From an uncultured Verrucomicrobiae bacterium (GTDB lineage Bacteria; Verrucomicrobiota; Verrucomicrobiia; Limisphaerales; UBA1096), in the NCBI GenBank assembly GCA_937770485.1, contig CALJHX010000005.1, positions 604 to 64,603 of the forward strand: a stretch of DNA of 64,000 bases. Direction: 5' to 3'. Below are positions 9,421 to 19,157 of this stretch, one piece after another. Within the stretch, counting starts at the first letter, position 1. Every line of letters begins with the position of its first letter. A program made the position numbers and the translations under genes. The notes below the pieces were generated by a model. That model was not told the DNA's origin. It ran no database searches and saw only the letters and a program-made list of their open reading frames with translations.

Positions 9421-11889
9421 GTGAACAGTTTGATTGGAAATGTGTTTGCTTGCGCTGGGTTGCTGATGGTTCCGGTTGGTTTGGTGCAAGCTGGGTTGAC
9501 GGCGGAGCAGAGGGCCAAGCTGCCGCCGCCGGCCAAGCACGAGGTAAGTTTTGCCAGGGAGATTTCGCCGTTGCTGGAAAAGAGCTGCACCAAGTGCCAC
9601 GGCAAAGGCAAAGCCAAGGGCGGTTTCAGCATCGAGACGCGTGAAAAACTGCTTGCCGGCGGTGACTCAGGAGCGACGGTAGTGATAGGGAAGAGCGCCG
9701 ACAGCTATTTGGTTGAGTTGATTTCCGGTGTTAGCCCCGACGATGTCATGCCGAAAAAAGGCTCGAGGATGACGACGGAGCAAGTCGGCTTGATTCGCGC
9801 TTGGATAGACCAGGGGCTTCTGTGGGAGGAGGGGGCGACGTTTGCCAAGGGGCCGGTGCTGAATCTCACGCCGCGCCGGCCGGAGTTGCCCGGTGACGAG
9901 GGCGGTCATCCGGTCGATCGCATCTTGGCCCCGTACTTCGCCAAGCACGGGGTGACGACTGGCGAGGTGGTTTCGGATCGGCTTTTTGCCCGGCGCGTTT
10001 ATCTAGACGTGATCGGCCTGTTGCCGCCGGTGGCGGAACTGGACGCGTTCGTCGCCAGCAACGCGCCGGACAAACGCCGGGCGTTGATCCGCCGATTGCT
10101 CGATGAGCGCAAGCCGTACGCGGAAAATTGGCTGGCGTTTTGGAACGACATCCTGCGCAACGACTACGCCGGCACCGGCTTCATCGACGGCGGCCGCAAG
10201 CAGATCACCGGCTGGCTTTACGGCTCGCTTTACAGCAACAAACCGTACGACAAGTTTGTGTACGAACTGATCAATCCGACGGAACACTCGCAGGGCTTCA
10301 CCAAGGGCATCGTCTGGCGTGGCGTGGTGAACGCCAGCCAGAAACCCCCGATGCAGGCGGCGCAACATATCTCGCAGATTTTCATGGGCGTGAACCTCAA
10401 GTGTGCCTCCTGCCACGACAGTTTCATCAACGACTGGTCGCTGTCCGATGCCTACGCGCTGGCCAGCGTCTATGCTAACAAGCCGCTCGAGTTGGTACGG
10501 TGCGACAAGCCGACCGGCGAGATTTCCGGCGTGCGTTTCATCCATCCGGAGTTGGGCGCGATCGACCCGAAGGCGGATCGGGCCAAGCGCATCGAGCAGT
10601 TGGCCAAGGCGGTGACGAGTCCGGGTAACGGCCGCCTCAGCCGCACGATAGTGAACCGGCTCTGGGCGCGATTCCTCGGGCGCGGCTTGGTTGAACCGGT
10701 CGATGAAATGGAAAACGAGTCGTGGCACACCGACCTGCTCGACCTGCTGGCCAGTGACCTCGCCGACAATGGCTACAATCTGAAGTTCACCATGGAGCAA
10801 ATCATGACGTCGCACGCGTATCAGTTGCGAGCCGTGAACGGCGCTGAGCAGGTGGAAAAGGATTATGTTTTTCGGGGGCCGACTGTGCGGCGGATGACCG
10901 CCGAGCAGTTTGTCGATGCTGTGGCGACACTCACCGGCAACTGGAAGCCGTCGCCGGCGAAGAAGATCGAGTTCGATGGAGCGAATCTCGCGGGAGTAAC
11001 GGGCGGAGTTGAGCAGAACGATTTGCCGAAGGGTAAATGGATTTGGAGTACGGCCAAGGCGGCTGAGGGCGTCGAGCCGGGCACGTCGTTTTTCCGCAAA
11101 CGCTTCGAGTTGCCGGATAAGCCCACGACGGCGGATGTGATCGCCGTGGTCGACAATTCGTTCGTCCTGCTGGTGAACCAACGAAACGGGACCGCCGGCA
11201 AAAACTGGGAGGAACCGAAATTCCGGAACCTGGCCAAGCGATTCAAGCAAGGCGAAAACATTGTCACGGTCTTGGCCACGAACGAGGGTATCGGAAAAAA
11301 CCCTGCTGGGCTTTGGCTTGGTATCCGGTTTCAGTTTGCGGACGGCTCGACGATGGACCTCGTCTCCGACAAGTCGTGGAAGGTCAGCACAGACGGTTCT
11401 GATGGTTGGAACAAGCCAGAGTTCGACGACACCACATGGCGTTCGGCCTCGGAGCTAGGCGGGGCGGACATGGCTCCGTGGGGCTTGGCCAATCGAATGA
11501 AAATCAACGGCTCGGTGCTGGCGTTTGGTGCACGGTTTCGCGAGTCGATGCAAAACAAGACGGCGCTGACCACTGCGCTTGGCCGGCCGAACCGCGAGCA
11601 GGTAACCACCGAGCGCCCGTCCGCCGCCACCACGCTGCAGGCGCTCGCGCTGACCAACGGTGAGGTGCTGTCGAAATTGATCAAGGACGGAGCCGCCATT
11701 CTGGCCGCCGAGGGAGGTGGACAACAGCACTTGGCCAGGCGGGTGTTCCGGGCGGCGCTTGGCCGTCCGCCGAACCAAGCGGAGTCCGCTATGTTGGCCG
11801 AGTTGATCCGCGGCGACAATGCGGCCGAGTTGGTCGAGGACGTGCTGTGGACCGTGACGATGCTGCCGGAGTTTCAATTGGTTTACTAA
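9421..11889 (+). CDS. PSCyt1 / PSCyt2 (DUF1549) / PSD1 (DUF1553) domain protein
   Basis: Signal peptide; CTKCHGKGKAKGGFS planctomycete cytochrome c motif; SDRLFARRVYLDVIGLLPP (DUF1549); CASCHDSF; C-terminal RPNREQVTTER..TLQALALTNG (DUF1553). Confidence 0.85.
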   Translation: MNSLIGNVFACAGLLMVPVGLVQAGLTAEQRAKLPPPAKHEVSFAREISPLLEKSCTKCHGKGKAKGGFSIETREKLLAGGDSGATVVIGKSADSYLVELISGVSPDDVMPKKGSRMTTEQVGLIRAWIDQGLLWEEGATFAKGPVLNLTPRRPELPGDEGGHPVDRILAPYFAKHGVTTGEVVSDRLFARRVYLDVIGLLPPVAELDAFVASNAPDKRRALIRRLLDERKPYAENWLAFWNDILRNDYAGTGFIDGGRKQITGWLYGSLYSNKPYDKFVYELINPTEHSQGFTKGIVWRGVVNASQKPPMQAAQHISQIFMGVNLKCASCHDSFINDWSLSDAYALASVYANKPLELVRCDKPTGEISGVRFIHPELGAIDPKADRAKRIEQLAKAVTSPGNGRLSRTIVNRLWARFLGRGLVEPVDEMENESWHTDLLDLLASDLADNGYNLKFTMEQIMTSHAYQLRAVNGAEQVEKDYVFRGPTVRRMTAEQFVDAVATLTGNWKPSPAKKIEFDGANLAGVTGGVEQNDLPKGKWIWSTAKAAEGVEPGTSFFRKRFELPDKPTTADVIAVVDNSFVLLVNQRNGTAGKNWEEPKFRNLAKRFKQGENIVTVLATNEGIGKNPAGLWLGIRFQFADGSTMDLVSDKSWKVSTDGSDGWNKPEFDDTTWRSASELGGADMAPWGLANRMKINGSVLAFGARFRESMQNKTALTTALGRPNREQVTTERPSAATTLQALALTNGEVLSKLIKDGAAILAAEGGGQQHLARRVFRAALGRPPNQAESAMLAELIRGDNAAELVEDVLWTVTMLPEFQLVY

Positions 11890-11898
11890 TCGCAAACG

Positions 11899-12381
11899 AT
11901 GCAAATTCAGGTAGGAATCATTTCGGTGTCGGATCGCGCGACGCAGGGCGTCTACGACGATGCCGGTGGGCCGGCGTTGAAGGAGGCCGCGGCCGGCTAC
12001 GGGTGGGAGATCGCTGCCGAGGCGGTGGTGCCGGATGAGGTTCGGGATATCCAGCGCGCATTACGCGAGCAGGTGAACAAAGGCTGCCACATGATTTTGA
12101 CCACCGGCGGCACCGGCGTCGCCCCGCGCGACGTGACCCCCGAGGCGGTGCGCGAAATGGCGGTGCGCGAGTTGCCAGGCTTCGGCGAGGTGATGCGCAT
12201 CGAGTCAATGAAAATCACTCCCAACGCGATCCTCTCACGCAACCTGGCCGCCGTGATCGACTCGGCACTGGTGATCTGCCTGCCCGGCAAACCCAAGGGC
12301 GCCGTCGAGTGCCTCGGCTTCGTCGAGTGCGCCATCCCTCACTGCATCAAGGTGCTGCAGGAAGTGCCGACGAGCTGCTAG
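11899..12381 (+). CDS. mog: Molybdopterin adenylyltransferase (Mog/MoaB family)
   Basis: GIISVSDRA..GVYDD and TTGGTGVAPRDVTPEA motifs. Confidence 0.85.
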   Translation: MQIQVGIISVSDRATQGVYDDAGGPALKEAAAGYGWEIAAEAVVPDEVRDIQRALREQVNKGCHMILTTGGTGVAPRDVTPEAVREMAVRELPGFGEVMRIESMKITPNAILSRNLAAVIDSALVICLPGKPKGAVECLGFVECAIPHCIKVLQEVPTSC

Positions 12382-12407
12382 CCGCCGCAGCTGGGCCATG
12401 CGCTTGG

Positions 12408-13328
12408 TTATTTCGGGATGCGGACGATGCGGCGGATGTTGCCGCTGAAAAGCTTGTCCTGGATTTTCGTGTGCGGGATCAGTCGACGGATGATGCCAAT
12501 CGTCCGTGCGCCGATGCAGCTTGGCCCTCGCCCAATGATGTCGTTGCAGTCGCTGCCGAAAAGCAACTTATCCTGGTGCCGCTTGATGAACTCGACCGCT
12601 TGCGTCTCGTCGCGGATAAGTGCGTTTTGCCCGGAACCGGCCGACATGTCACCGAACATGTTCGGATAGTCGCTGAGTAGCCGATCGCTGATGCCGGACG
12701 GCGTGACTTTGCCCTTGGGGTACATGATCGTCTGGTCGTGGTTCTTGTCGATGTTGCCCCACCAAGTTTGCGCGTGGCCAATGAAGTTCACTTTTGGGAA
12801 TTTCTCGAGGATGGAGTGGAACCGCTCTATGCCGGTGTTGTAGTTGCCGTGCTCGAAATGCATCAGCACCGGCACGTCGTATTCCTGCGCCAACTCGGCG
12901 ATGCGCTCGATGTGTTTTGAGTCGCACTCAACCTTGAACTTCTGCTCGCCGATACCGACCGCACCTTTTTTTAAATAGGTCTCAATCGTGGGGATACACT
13001 CCGGGTGGTTGGTAATCTCGTTGGCGAAGTGGACGTAGTTGTGTGGGTTTTTGACGGCGATCTTGCGCACGGACTTGTTGCCGCCGCAGTTGGCGGCGAG
13101 TCCGTACAGGCGGCCAGCCGGGAGCAGCACGGTCCACTTCACGTTCAGCGCGCGTTGGTGGCCAAGCATGCGTTCGTCGTTTCGGCCGCTGTAATTGGTG
13201 TGCTGATGCAGATCGATGATTTCCTGTTTGGGCTTGCGGCCAAGCGCTTGTCCGGGCACCGCGGCGGTTACGGTTGCCGCGGCGGTTGCGGCTAAAAAAT
13301 TGCGGCGGGTCAATTGTTTCATATTCAT
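12408..13328 (-). CDS. Amidohydrolase-family metal-dependent hydrolase with a Tat-type signal
   Basis: MNMKQLTRRNFLAATAAA twin-arginine leader and IDLHQHT HxH motif. ATG 13328 was chosen over the longer ORF start at 13442. Confidence 0.7.
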   Translation of the reverse strand: MNMKQLTRRNFLAATAAATVTAAVPGQALGRKPKQEIIDLHQHTNYSGRNDERMLGHQRALNVKWTVLLPAGRLYGLAANCGGNKSVRKIAVKNPHNYVHFANEITNHPECIPTIETYLKKGAVGIGEQKFKVECDSKHIERIAELAQEYDVPVLMHFEHGNYNTGIERFHSILEKFPKVNFIGHAQTWWGNIDKNHDQTIMYPKGKVTPSGISDRLLSDYPNMFGDMSAGSGQNALIRDETQAVEFIKRHQDKLLFGSDCNDIIGRGPSCIGARTIGIIRRLIPHTKIQDKLFSGNIRRIVRIPK

Positions 13329-13441
13329 GAACGAACTGATTGGAGCGTAGTTTTCACGCCTGGCCAAGGCGACTTTTTTCTTGGCATTGTGAAAACCGGC
13401 CCGGCCGCCTATGCTGCACGAGCCTGTGTGGGCACGTGGCA

Positions 13442-14896
13442 ATGGACAAACTTTTGCTAATCGATGATGAGGATGATGTGCGCTACTCTTTTAAGCGCAT
13501 TTTTGAATCACCCGATCTCGACCTAGAAACCGCCGCCAGCGGCGAGGAGGGGCTTGAGGTTATCAAAAGTTTTCAGCCGGATCTCGTGCTGATGGACGTT
13601 CGCATGGGAGGTATTACCGGGCTGGAGACGCTGCGTCGCATCCGGCAGGACGACGCTAAGCTGCCGGTGATCATGATGACCGCCTTTGGCACGACGCAGA
13701 CAGCGATCGAGGCGATGAAACTCGGTGCATACGACTATCTGCTCAAGCCGTTTGACGTGCACAAGATCAAGCAGATCGTCGCCGACGCACTCAAGGCGGC
13801 TCGTGACATGAAACAGGTTGTCGCGTGCGAGCCGCTGCTCGAGTCGGAGGATTATGACTTGGGCATTGTCGGCCGCAGCCAGCCGATGCAGGAGGTGTTC
13901 AAGATGATCGGCCAACTGGCCGGCTCGAATGCTACGGCGCTGATCACCGGCGAGAGCGGCACCGGCAAGGAACTAGTTGCTCGTGCCATTTACCAAAACA
14001 GCCAGCGCAACGATAAATCGTATCTACCGATCAACTGCGCAGCGATACCGGAGAGCCTACTCGAGAGCGAGTTGTTCGGCCACGAAAAGGGTTCGTTCAC
14101 TGGGGCAGGTTCGCAGCGCATCGGCAAGTTCGAGCAGTGCGACAAGGGCACGCTGTTCCTCGACGAGATCGGCGACATGACGCTGGCGACCCAGGCCAAG
14201 ATTTTGCGTGTGCTTCAAAACGGCACCATCGAGCGCGTCGGCGGCAATAATCCGATCACGGTGGATGTTCGCATCATTGCCGCGACGAACAAGCGGCTTG
14301 AGGAGGCGGTCGCCGCCAAGGAGTTTCGCGAGGATTTGTTTTACCGGCTCAACGTCGTGCGGGTGAGTTTGCCGGCGCTACGCGAACGCTCCGAGGACAT
14401 CCCGCTGTTGATCGATTATTTCCTCAAGACCATCGCCAATGCGGAGAGCCGCAAGCCTAAGTCGATCCTCGGGGAAACGCAGGAATTGCTCATGCAATAT
14501 GATTGGCCAGGCAACGTACGCGAGTTGGAGAATGTCGTTCGCCGTGCCATCGTCATGTCCAAGGGCGAGGCGATCCGTCCCGATGATTTGTCGGCGGAAG
14601 TGCGGTCGGCAAGCGGTGTCCCCGTTGCAGCGGCATCAGGCCAAGCACCTGGCCAAGCGCCGCCGCCTGCCGATGCCAACGACATTGGCACTGTCGCCGC
14701 GACGCTGTTTCACTGGGCCAAGGAGCAGCCGGATTTGGCTGTGCTGCCGGCAGTGGAGCGCGAGTTGATCGCTCATGCGCTGCGCGAGACCAACGGCAAC
14801 CAAGTGCGGGCGGCCAAGCTGCTGGGCATCACGCGCGCCACGCTGCGCAAACGCATCGAGAAGTTCGCCATCAAACAGGCTGTCTCGGTGGAGTAG
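13442..14896 (+). CDS. Sigma-54-dependent response regulator (NtrC/Fis family), with no adjacent kinase
   Basis: Receiver domain (LVLMDVRM), AAA+ GESGTGKE, GSFTGA loop, C-terminal Fis-type HTH (AAKLLGITRATLRKRI). ATG 13442 (MDKLLLIDD). Confidence 0.88.
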   Translation: MDKLLLIDDEDDVRYSFKRIFESPDLDLETAASGEEGLEVIKSFQPDLVLMDVRMGGITGLETLRRIRQDDAKLPVIMMTAFGTTQTAIEAMKLGAYDYLLKPFDVHKIKQIVADALKAARDMKQVVACEPLLESEDYDLGIVGRSQPMQEVFKMIGQLAGSNATALITGESGTGKELVARAIYQNSQRNDKSYLPINCAAIPESLLESELFGHEKGSFTGAGSQRIGKFEQCDKGTLFLDEIGDMTLATQAKILRVLQNGTIERVGGNNPITVDVRIIAATNKRLEEAVAAKEFREDLFYRLNVVRVSLPALRERSEDIPLLIDYFLKTIANAESRKPKSILGETQELLMQYDWPGNVRELENVVRRAIVMSKGEAIRPDDLSAEVRSASGVPVAAASGQAPGQAPPPADANDIGTVAATLFHWAKEQPDLAVLPAVERELIAHALRETNGNQVRAAKLLGITRATLRKRIEKFAIKQAVSVE

Positions 14897-14921
14897 GTGT
14901 TCCTCAGCGAACCCGCAGCCG

Positions 14922-15503
14922 TTATTTGGCGAAGAGATTTCTTTTTTGCTGGCCGAAGGTGATTAAGCTGTCTTGCCTGTTGGGGTGGGTCAGGTGCCAA
15001 AACCGCCAAATCAACAGGATCACCATGGCGAGGTTCACGATTTGAGAAACGCCGTGCCAGATGGCGAACTTCCGTTCGGCGTTCTGAACGACGTTCGCCT
15101 CGAGTTCGGTCTTCTCGATCACCGTTAGCCCGCCATCGCTCTTCAGTTGGAACTGATGTTTTTGCTGATGCCAAACAGTGAGTCTCGGGTTGATGAATTT
15201 GCCGCCGAACAGCGCGAGGCCACACAGCACACAAACGATAGCAATGGCTCGTTTGGGGAATCCGCCGCCGCTGTACAGCCACTCAATCAACAGGTGCAGC
15301 GAGGCGATCGTCCCGCAGATAATGTGCAGCATGAAGTAACGGCCTAGCATCGCCTGGGCAACCAAGCCGTTGGTTGGCTTTGGAACGAAGGCCGTCACTT
15401 CAGAGGTGAAAAACATCGGGGCGGCGAGAAATGAAAAGAAGATCGATCCACCCACCCATACGGCGGCGTTGAACAGACACACGAATCTGAGGAATCCTGG
15501 CAC
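14922..15503 (-). CDS. Integral membrane protein (DUF4149-like, 4-5 TM)
   Basis: Hydrophobic ORF. GTG 15503 was chosen so it does not overlap the divergent gene at 15616. The family call is tentative. Confidence 0.45.
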   Translation of the reverse strand: MPGFLRFVCLFNAAVWVGGSIFFSFLAAPMFFTSEVTAFVPKPTNGLVAQAMLGRYFMLHIICGTIASLHLLIEWLYSGGGFPKRAIAIVCVLCGLALFGGKFINPRLTVWHQQKHQFQLKSDGGLTVIEKTELEANVVQNAERKFAIWHGVSQIVNLAMVILLIWRFWHLTHPNRQDSLITFGQQKRNLFAK

Positions 15504-15615
15504 GCCGCAGTGTAACGGGACCGATTGCGCCCTGCCAAGGTTGGTTTGCCCTCGACTTGGCCAATCGTTCCCTTTTCTGTTGACCAAATAAAGCCCCAAA
15601 CCTAGATTCCCCGAG

Positions 15616-16590
15616 ATGAACTCACGTATCGTATTGTCAGTGGTGGCAGGGCTTTTGATGCTTGGCCAAGCGCTCAATGCCGCCGAGGAAGGGCCATTCA
15701 TCATCAAGAAAAACGGCGACAACTATCGCGTCGAGATTGATGGCAGATTGTTCACCGAATACATCCCTACGGGATATAATAAACCGGTGCTTTACCCGGT
15801 CATTGGCCCGTACGGTGTCGGCATGACGCGCAATTACCCGTTCAAGGAGGTCGAAGGCGAAGCGAAGGATCACGTGCACCATGCGTCGCTTTGGTTCACT
15901 CACGGCGAGGTCAATGGCATCAGTTTTTGGCACAACGCCAAAAACACGGGAAAGATCATCCCGGCCGAGCTGGTTCGCACCAAGGGCGGTGGCCGCGGCT
16001 CGATCGTCTCGAAAAACAGCTGGGTCGGCCCAGATGGCACGGTCATCTGCACCGATCGGACATCGATCAGTTTTCACAAGGCGTTCGGTGGGATATTCGT
16101 CTCTTACGCTGTGACCGTCTTTGCATCGGAAGGCGACGTGACTTTTGGCGACACCAAGGAAGGCAGCATGGGCATCCGTACGCATCCGAACCTGCGCCTG
16201 TCCAATGGCAAGGGTGTCACCACTGCCAACGGCCACGCGCTCAACAGTGCCGGTGACAAGGATAAGGAACTCTGGGGCAAGCGTGCCAAGTGGGTGGACT
16301 ACTGGGGCAAGATCGACGGCCATACGGTCGGTGTCGCCATCTTTGATCACCCAAATAATTTGCGCCACCCGACCTGGTGGCACGCCCGAGACTACGGGCT
16401 GGTCGCCGCCAACCCGTTCGGCATCCACAACTTCGAGGGGAAGAAAAAGGGCGTGGGCGACTTCAAGCTTAACAAGGGCGAAAAGCAGCAGTTCCGCTAC
16501 GGCATTCTTTTCCACGAGGGCGACGCACAAGCCGCTGACATCTCCGGCTCATACGACAAGTGGGCCGCGGAGCAAACGGAGAACAAGTAG
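15616..16590 (+). CDS. PmoA-family (DUF6807) secreted protein
   Basis: Signal peptide; KPVLYPVIGP, DHVHHASLWFTHGEVNGISFWH and DYWG motifs typical of PF14100-like proteins. Confidence 0.7.
   Translation: MNSRIVLSVVAGLLMLGQALNAAEEGPFIIKKNGDNYRVEIDGRLFTEYIPTGYNKPVLYPVIGPYGVGMTRNYPFKEVEGEAKDHVHHASLWFTHGEVNGISFWHNAKNTGKIIPAELVRTKGGGRGSIVSKNSWVGPDGTVICTDRTSISFHKAFGGIFVSYAVTVFASEGDVTFGDTKEGSMGIRTHPNLRLSNGKGVTTANGHALNSAGDKDKELWGKRAKWVDYWGKIDGHTVGVAIFDHPNNLRHPTWWHARDYGLVAANPFGIHNFEGKKKGVGDFKLNKGEKQQFRYGILFHEGDAQAADISGSYDKWAAEQTENK
15660..15671. repeat. Iterated palindrome GCTTGGCCAAGC
   Basis: Exact 12-mer in the signal peptide of the PmoA-family protein (LMLGQALNA). Confidence 0.95.
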
Positions 16591-16607
16591 CTTAGCCAAG
16601 TCCGGGT

Positions 16608-17507
16608 TCAGATCTCGTAGTTGTCGGCCTTTTTCATCACCTTGACGCTGACGTCCTCGGCGATGACGAGGGAGTTGGTCGGCACGCTGTGGATCAGGAA
16701 CACATTGCCGCCGACCGTGCTGTTCGAGCCAATGACCGTTTCGCCGCCGAGGATGGTCGCGCCGGGATAAATCGTGACATTGTCCTCGATGGTGGGATGC
16801 CGCTTGGCGCCGCGCAGTTCCTCGACGCGTGAGGTGGACTTCGCGCCCAGCGTTACGCCGTGATAAATCTTAACGTGATTGCCAATTATGGTCGTCTCGC
16901 CCACGACCGTGCCGGTGCCGTGGTCGATAAAAAAGTGCGAGCCAATGGTCGCGCCGGGATGGAGGTCGATTCCGGTCCGGCCGTGCGCCCACTCGGCCAT
17001 GATGCGTGGGATGAGCGCCACGCCACGCCGGTAAAGCTGATTTGCCATCCGCTGCACCGCGATCGTCTCGACAAAGGGATAGGCCACCACAACCTCCTCA
17101 TGGCTGAGTGCGGCGGGGTCGCCGGCGTAAGCGGCCTCGACGTCGGTCTTGAGCATTTCACGGATCGAGGGGAAGCTGCCGAGAAACTCAGCCGTAATCT
17201 CGCGGGCCAATGGCCGTGGCTTGACCGCACTTTCGTCGGGCGGCCTGTACTCGATGCTCTTCGTAATCTCGTCCTCGAGTCGGCCGCTGACGCTGTCAAT
17301 CAACGTCGAAATATAGACCCTTAACTCGGAGGTCTGAATCGGTTTCTCATCAAAAAAACCGGGCAGCAGCAGCCGCAAAAAGTCGGTAGTGATCGATGCG
17401 ATGGCGAACTTGGACGGCAGGTTGCCGCCGTCCAAATGGTTGATACCGCCCACCTTCGCGTAGGAGGCGATCAGGTCATTAGTCAACTGGGTGATGCTAT
17501 CGCGCAC
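16608..17507 (-). CDS. cysE: Serine O-acetyltransferase
   Basis: DLHPGATIGSHFFIDHGTGTVVGETTIIGNHVKIYHGVTLG hexapeptide core with an N-terminal SATase helical domain. Confidence 0.8.
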   Translation of the reverse strand: MRDSITQLTNDLIASYAKVGGINHLDGGNLPSKFAIASITTDFLRLLLPGFFDEKPIQTSELRVYISTLIDSVSGRLEDEITKSIEYRPPDESAVKPRPLAREITAEFLGSFPSIREMLKTDVEAAYAGDPAALSHEEVVVAYPFVETIAVQRMANQLYRRGVALIPRIMAEWAHGRTGIDLHPGATIGSHFFIDHGTGTVVGETTIIGNHVKIYHGVTLGAKSTSRVEELRGAKRHPTIEDNVTIYPGATILGGETVIGSNSTVGGNVFLIHSVPTNSLVIAEDVSVKVMKKADNYEI

Positions 17508-17641
17508 GCCGGAAGTATCGGCAAATCCGCCAAAATGGCAAGAGGTCGCGAGTCGTCACCTATCCAAGCTAACAATTCGCTCAAAAGTCAGGCATGAACT
17601 TGGCTTTCAGCGAAGGCTGCCGTAAGTTTCGCGCCGCGCCG

Positions 17642-18373
17642 ATGTCCAAGTCGAGTCGAGAACATGTGTACGGATTGAACCCCGCCTTCGAGGTGTTGCG
17701 GGCGGGGAAGCGCCGCGTGTACTCGGCTCACTTGAACGAAGGGATGCGTGACAACACGCGTGTGAAAAAGTTACTCGGCGTTTTGGAGCGCGGCAACGTC
17801 GAGATCGAATGGACGGACAAGGGCCGCCTGATGCAGATCTCCGGCAGCCGGGATCATCAGGGCGTTGTGCTCAAGACATCGCTTTATCCGTACGCCGAGT
17901 TTGACAAGTTGCTCGGCGTGCCGCGCATGCTGATGCTCGACAACGTCGAGGATCCTCACAACGTCGGCGCGATCCTGCGCAGCGCCGAGGTGTTCGGCTT
18001 CACCTCCGTTTGCCTGCCGAAAAAGGGCGTACCGGAAATCTACCCGTCGGTGGTCAAGGTCAGCGCCGGTGCGACGGAGTTCATGAAAATCTGCCGCAGC
18101 GACTCCGCCAACGGCTACGCCCGCAAAGCTGCCGAGGCCGGCTACCGGATCGCCGCACTGGACATGGCCGGCAAATCGTCGCTGGAGGCGCTCGCCGCGG
18201 CCAAGCCGGAAAAACTGCTGCTCGTGATCGGCGGGGAGGATCGCTCCGTCGGCCAGTTCATCCTCAACATGGCCGACGACGTGGTGGGCATCACACAGCG
18301 CGGCCGCATCAATTCACTCAACGCCTCCGTCGCCGCCGGCATCGCCATGTTCGCCCTTGGCCAAGCGGAGTAG
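17642..18373 (+). CDS. rlmB: SpoU/TrmH-family 23S rRNA Gm2251 2'-O-methyltransferase
   Basis: HVYGLNPAFEVL substrate-binding N-domain, DNVEDPHNVGAILRSA, SLNASVAAGIAMF knot motif. An alternative start at 17594 is possible. Confidence 0.8.
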   Translation: MSKSSREHVYGLNPAFEVLRAGKRRVYSAHLNEGMRDNTRVKKLLGVLERGNVEIEWTDKGRLMQISGSRDHQGVVLKTSLYPYAEFDKLLGVPRMLMLDNVEDPHNVGAILRSAEVFGFTSVCLPKKGVPEIYPSVVKVSAGATEFMKICRSDSANGYARKAAEAGYRIAALDMAGKSSLEALAAAKPEKLLLVIGGEDRSVGQFILNMADDVVGITQRGRINSLNASVAAGIAMFALGQAE

Positions 18374-18390
18374 CTCACTATAATCCCACC

Positions 18391-18870
18391 GTGGTTCATA
18401 CTGGAATTGGATACGATGTGCATCGTCTTTTGGCGGGGCGGCAGCTTTGGCTCGGTGGCGTGGAGATCAAGCACGACAAGGGGCTCGACGGCCACTCCGA
18501 TGCTGACGTGCTGATGCACGCGATCTGTGACGCGGTGCTTGGGGCGCTTAGCCAAGGCGACATCGGCAGTTTTTTCCCACCCAGCGAACCGCAGTGGAAG
18601 GATGCGCCGAGCCGGATTTTTCTCGAGAAAGCCGCTGAACTTGTGGCAAAAGCCGACGGCAAGATCGTAAACATTGACGCCACGCTGATTGCCGAGGCAC
18701 CGAAAATCCTGCCGCACGTGCCAGCGATGAAAGTTGCGGTCGCCCAGGCGCTGTACATTTCGCCGGATCAAGTTGGCATCAAGGCGACGACGAACGAGTT
18801 GCTTGGGTTCCTCGGGCGCGAAGAGGGGATGGCGGCGATGGCGGTCGCCGGTGTGAACCTGCCGGACTGA
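18391..18870 (+). CDS. ispF: 2-C-methyl-D-erythritol 2,4-cyclodiphosphate synthase
   Basis: IGYDVHRL, GHSDADVLMHA, KATTNE motifs. GTG 18391 was chosen; the upstream part of ORF 18010.. is an alternate frame of rlmB. Confidence 0.88.
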   Translation: MVHTGIGYDVHRLLAGRQLWLGGVEIKHDKGLDGHSDADVLMHAICDAVLGALSQGDIGSFFPPSEPQWKDAPSRIFLEKAAELVAKADGKIVNIDATLIAEAPKILPHVPAMKVAVAQALYISPDQVGIKATTNELLGFLGREEGMAAMAVAGVNLPD

Positions 18871-18871
18871 C

Positions 18872-19150
18872 ATGGGAGCCAAGGGCGAGATCAGCTGGAA
18901 ACGGCGCGACGAGTTTGGCGAGCGAGTGGAGTGCTACGCGCGCAACGAGCGCAATGTGTGGAAATTTTTCCGGCGCGAACGGCGCTTCGAGAATTGGGAG
19001 GCGTATCCCGAGCCGGAGTTCGAGGACTGGATGGAGTTGCTCGACAGCGTCCGGCGTCGCATCCCGAGGCGCAAGATGGAACCGGCGGACGAGCATCGTC
19101 TCGTTCGCACGATCAAGGAGAGGTTCCCCGATCAGAAAGACCGGGTTTAA
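18872..19150 (+). CDS. Small basic hypothetical protein (92 aa)
   Basis: ATG lies 1 nt after the ispF stop, and the composition is protein-like. I recognise no family. Confidence 0.45.
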   Translation: MGAKGEISWKRRDEFGERVECYARNERNVWKFFRRERRFENWEAYPEPEFEDWMELLDSVRRRIPRRKMEPADEHRLVRTIKERFPDQKDRV

Positions 19151-19157
19151 GCCGGCA

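Noticed and set aside
10003-11250. Minus-strand ORF of 415 aa.
   Set aside because: It is antisense to the PSCyt/PSD gene, has no recognisable motif and has a high-GC shadow-ORF composition.
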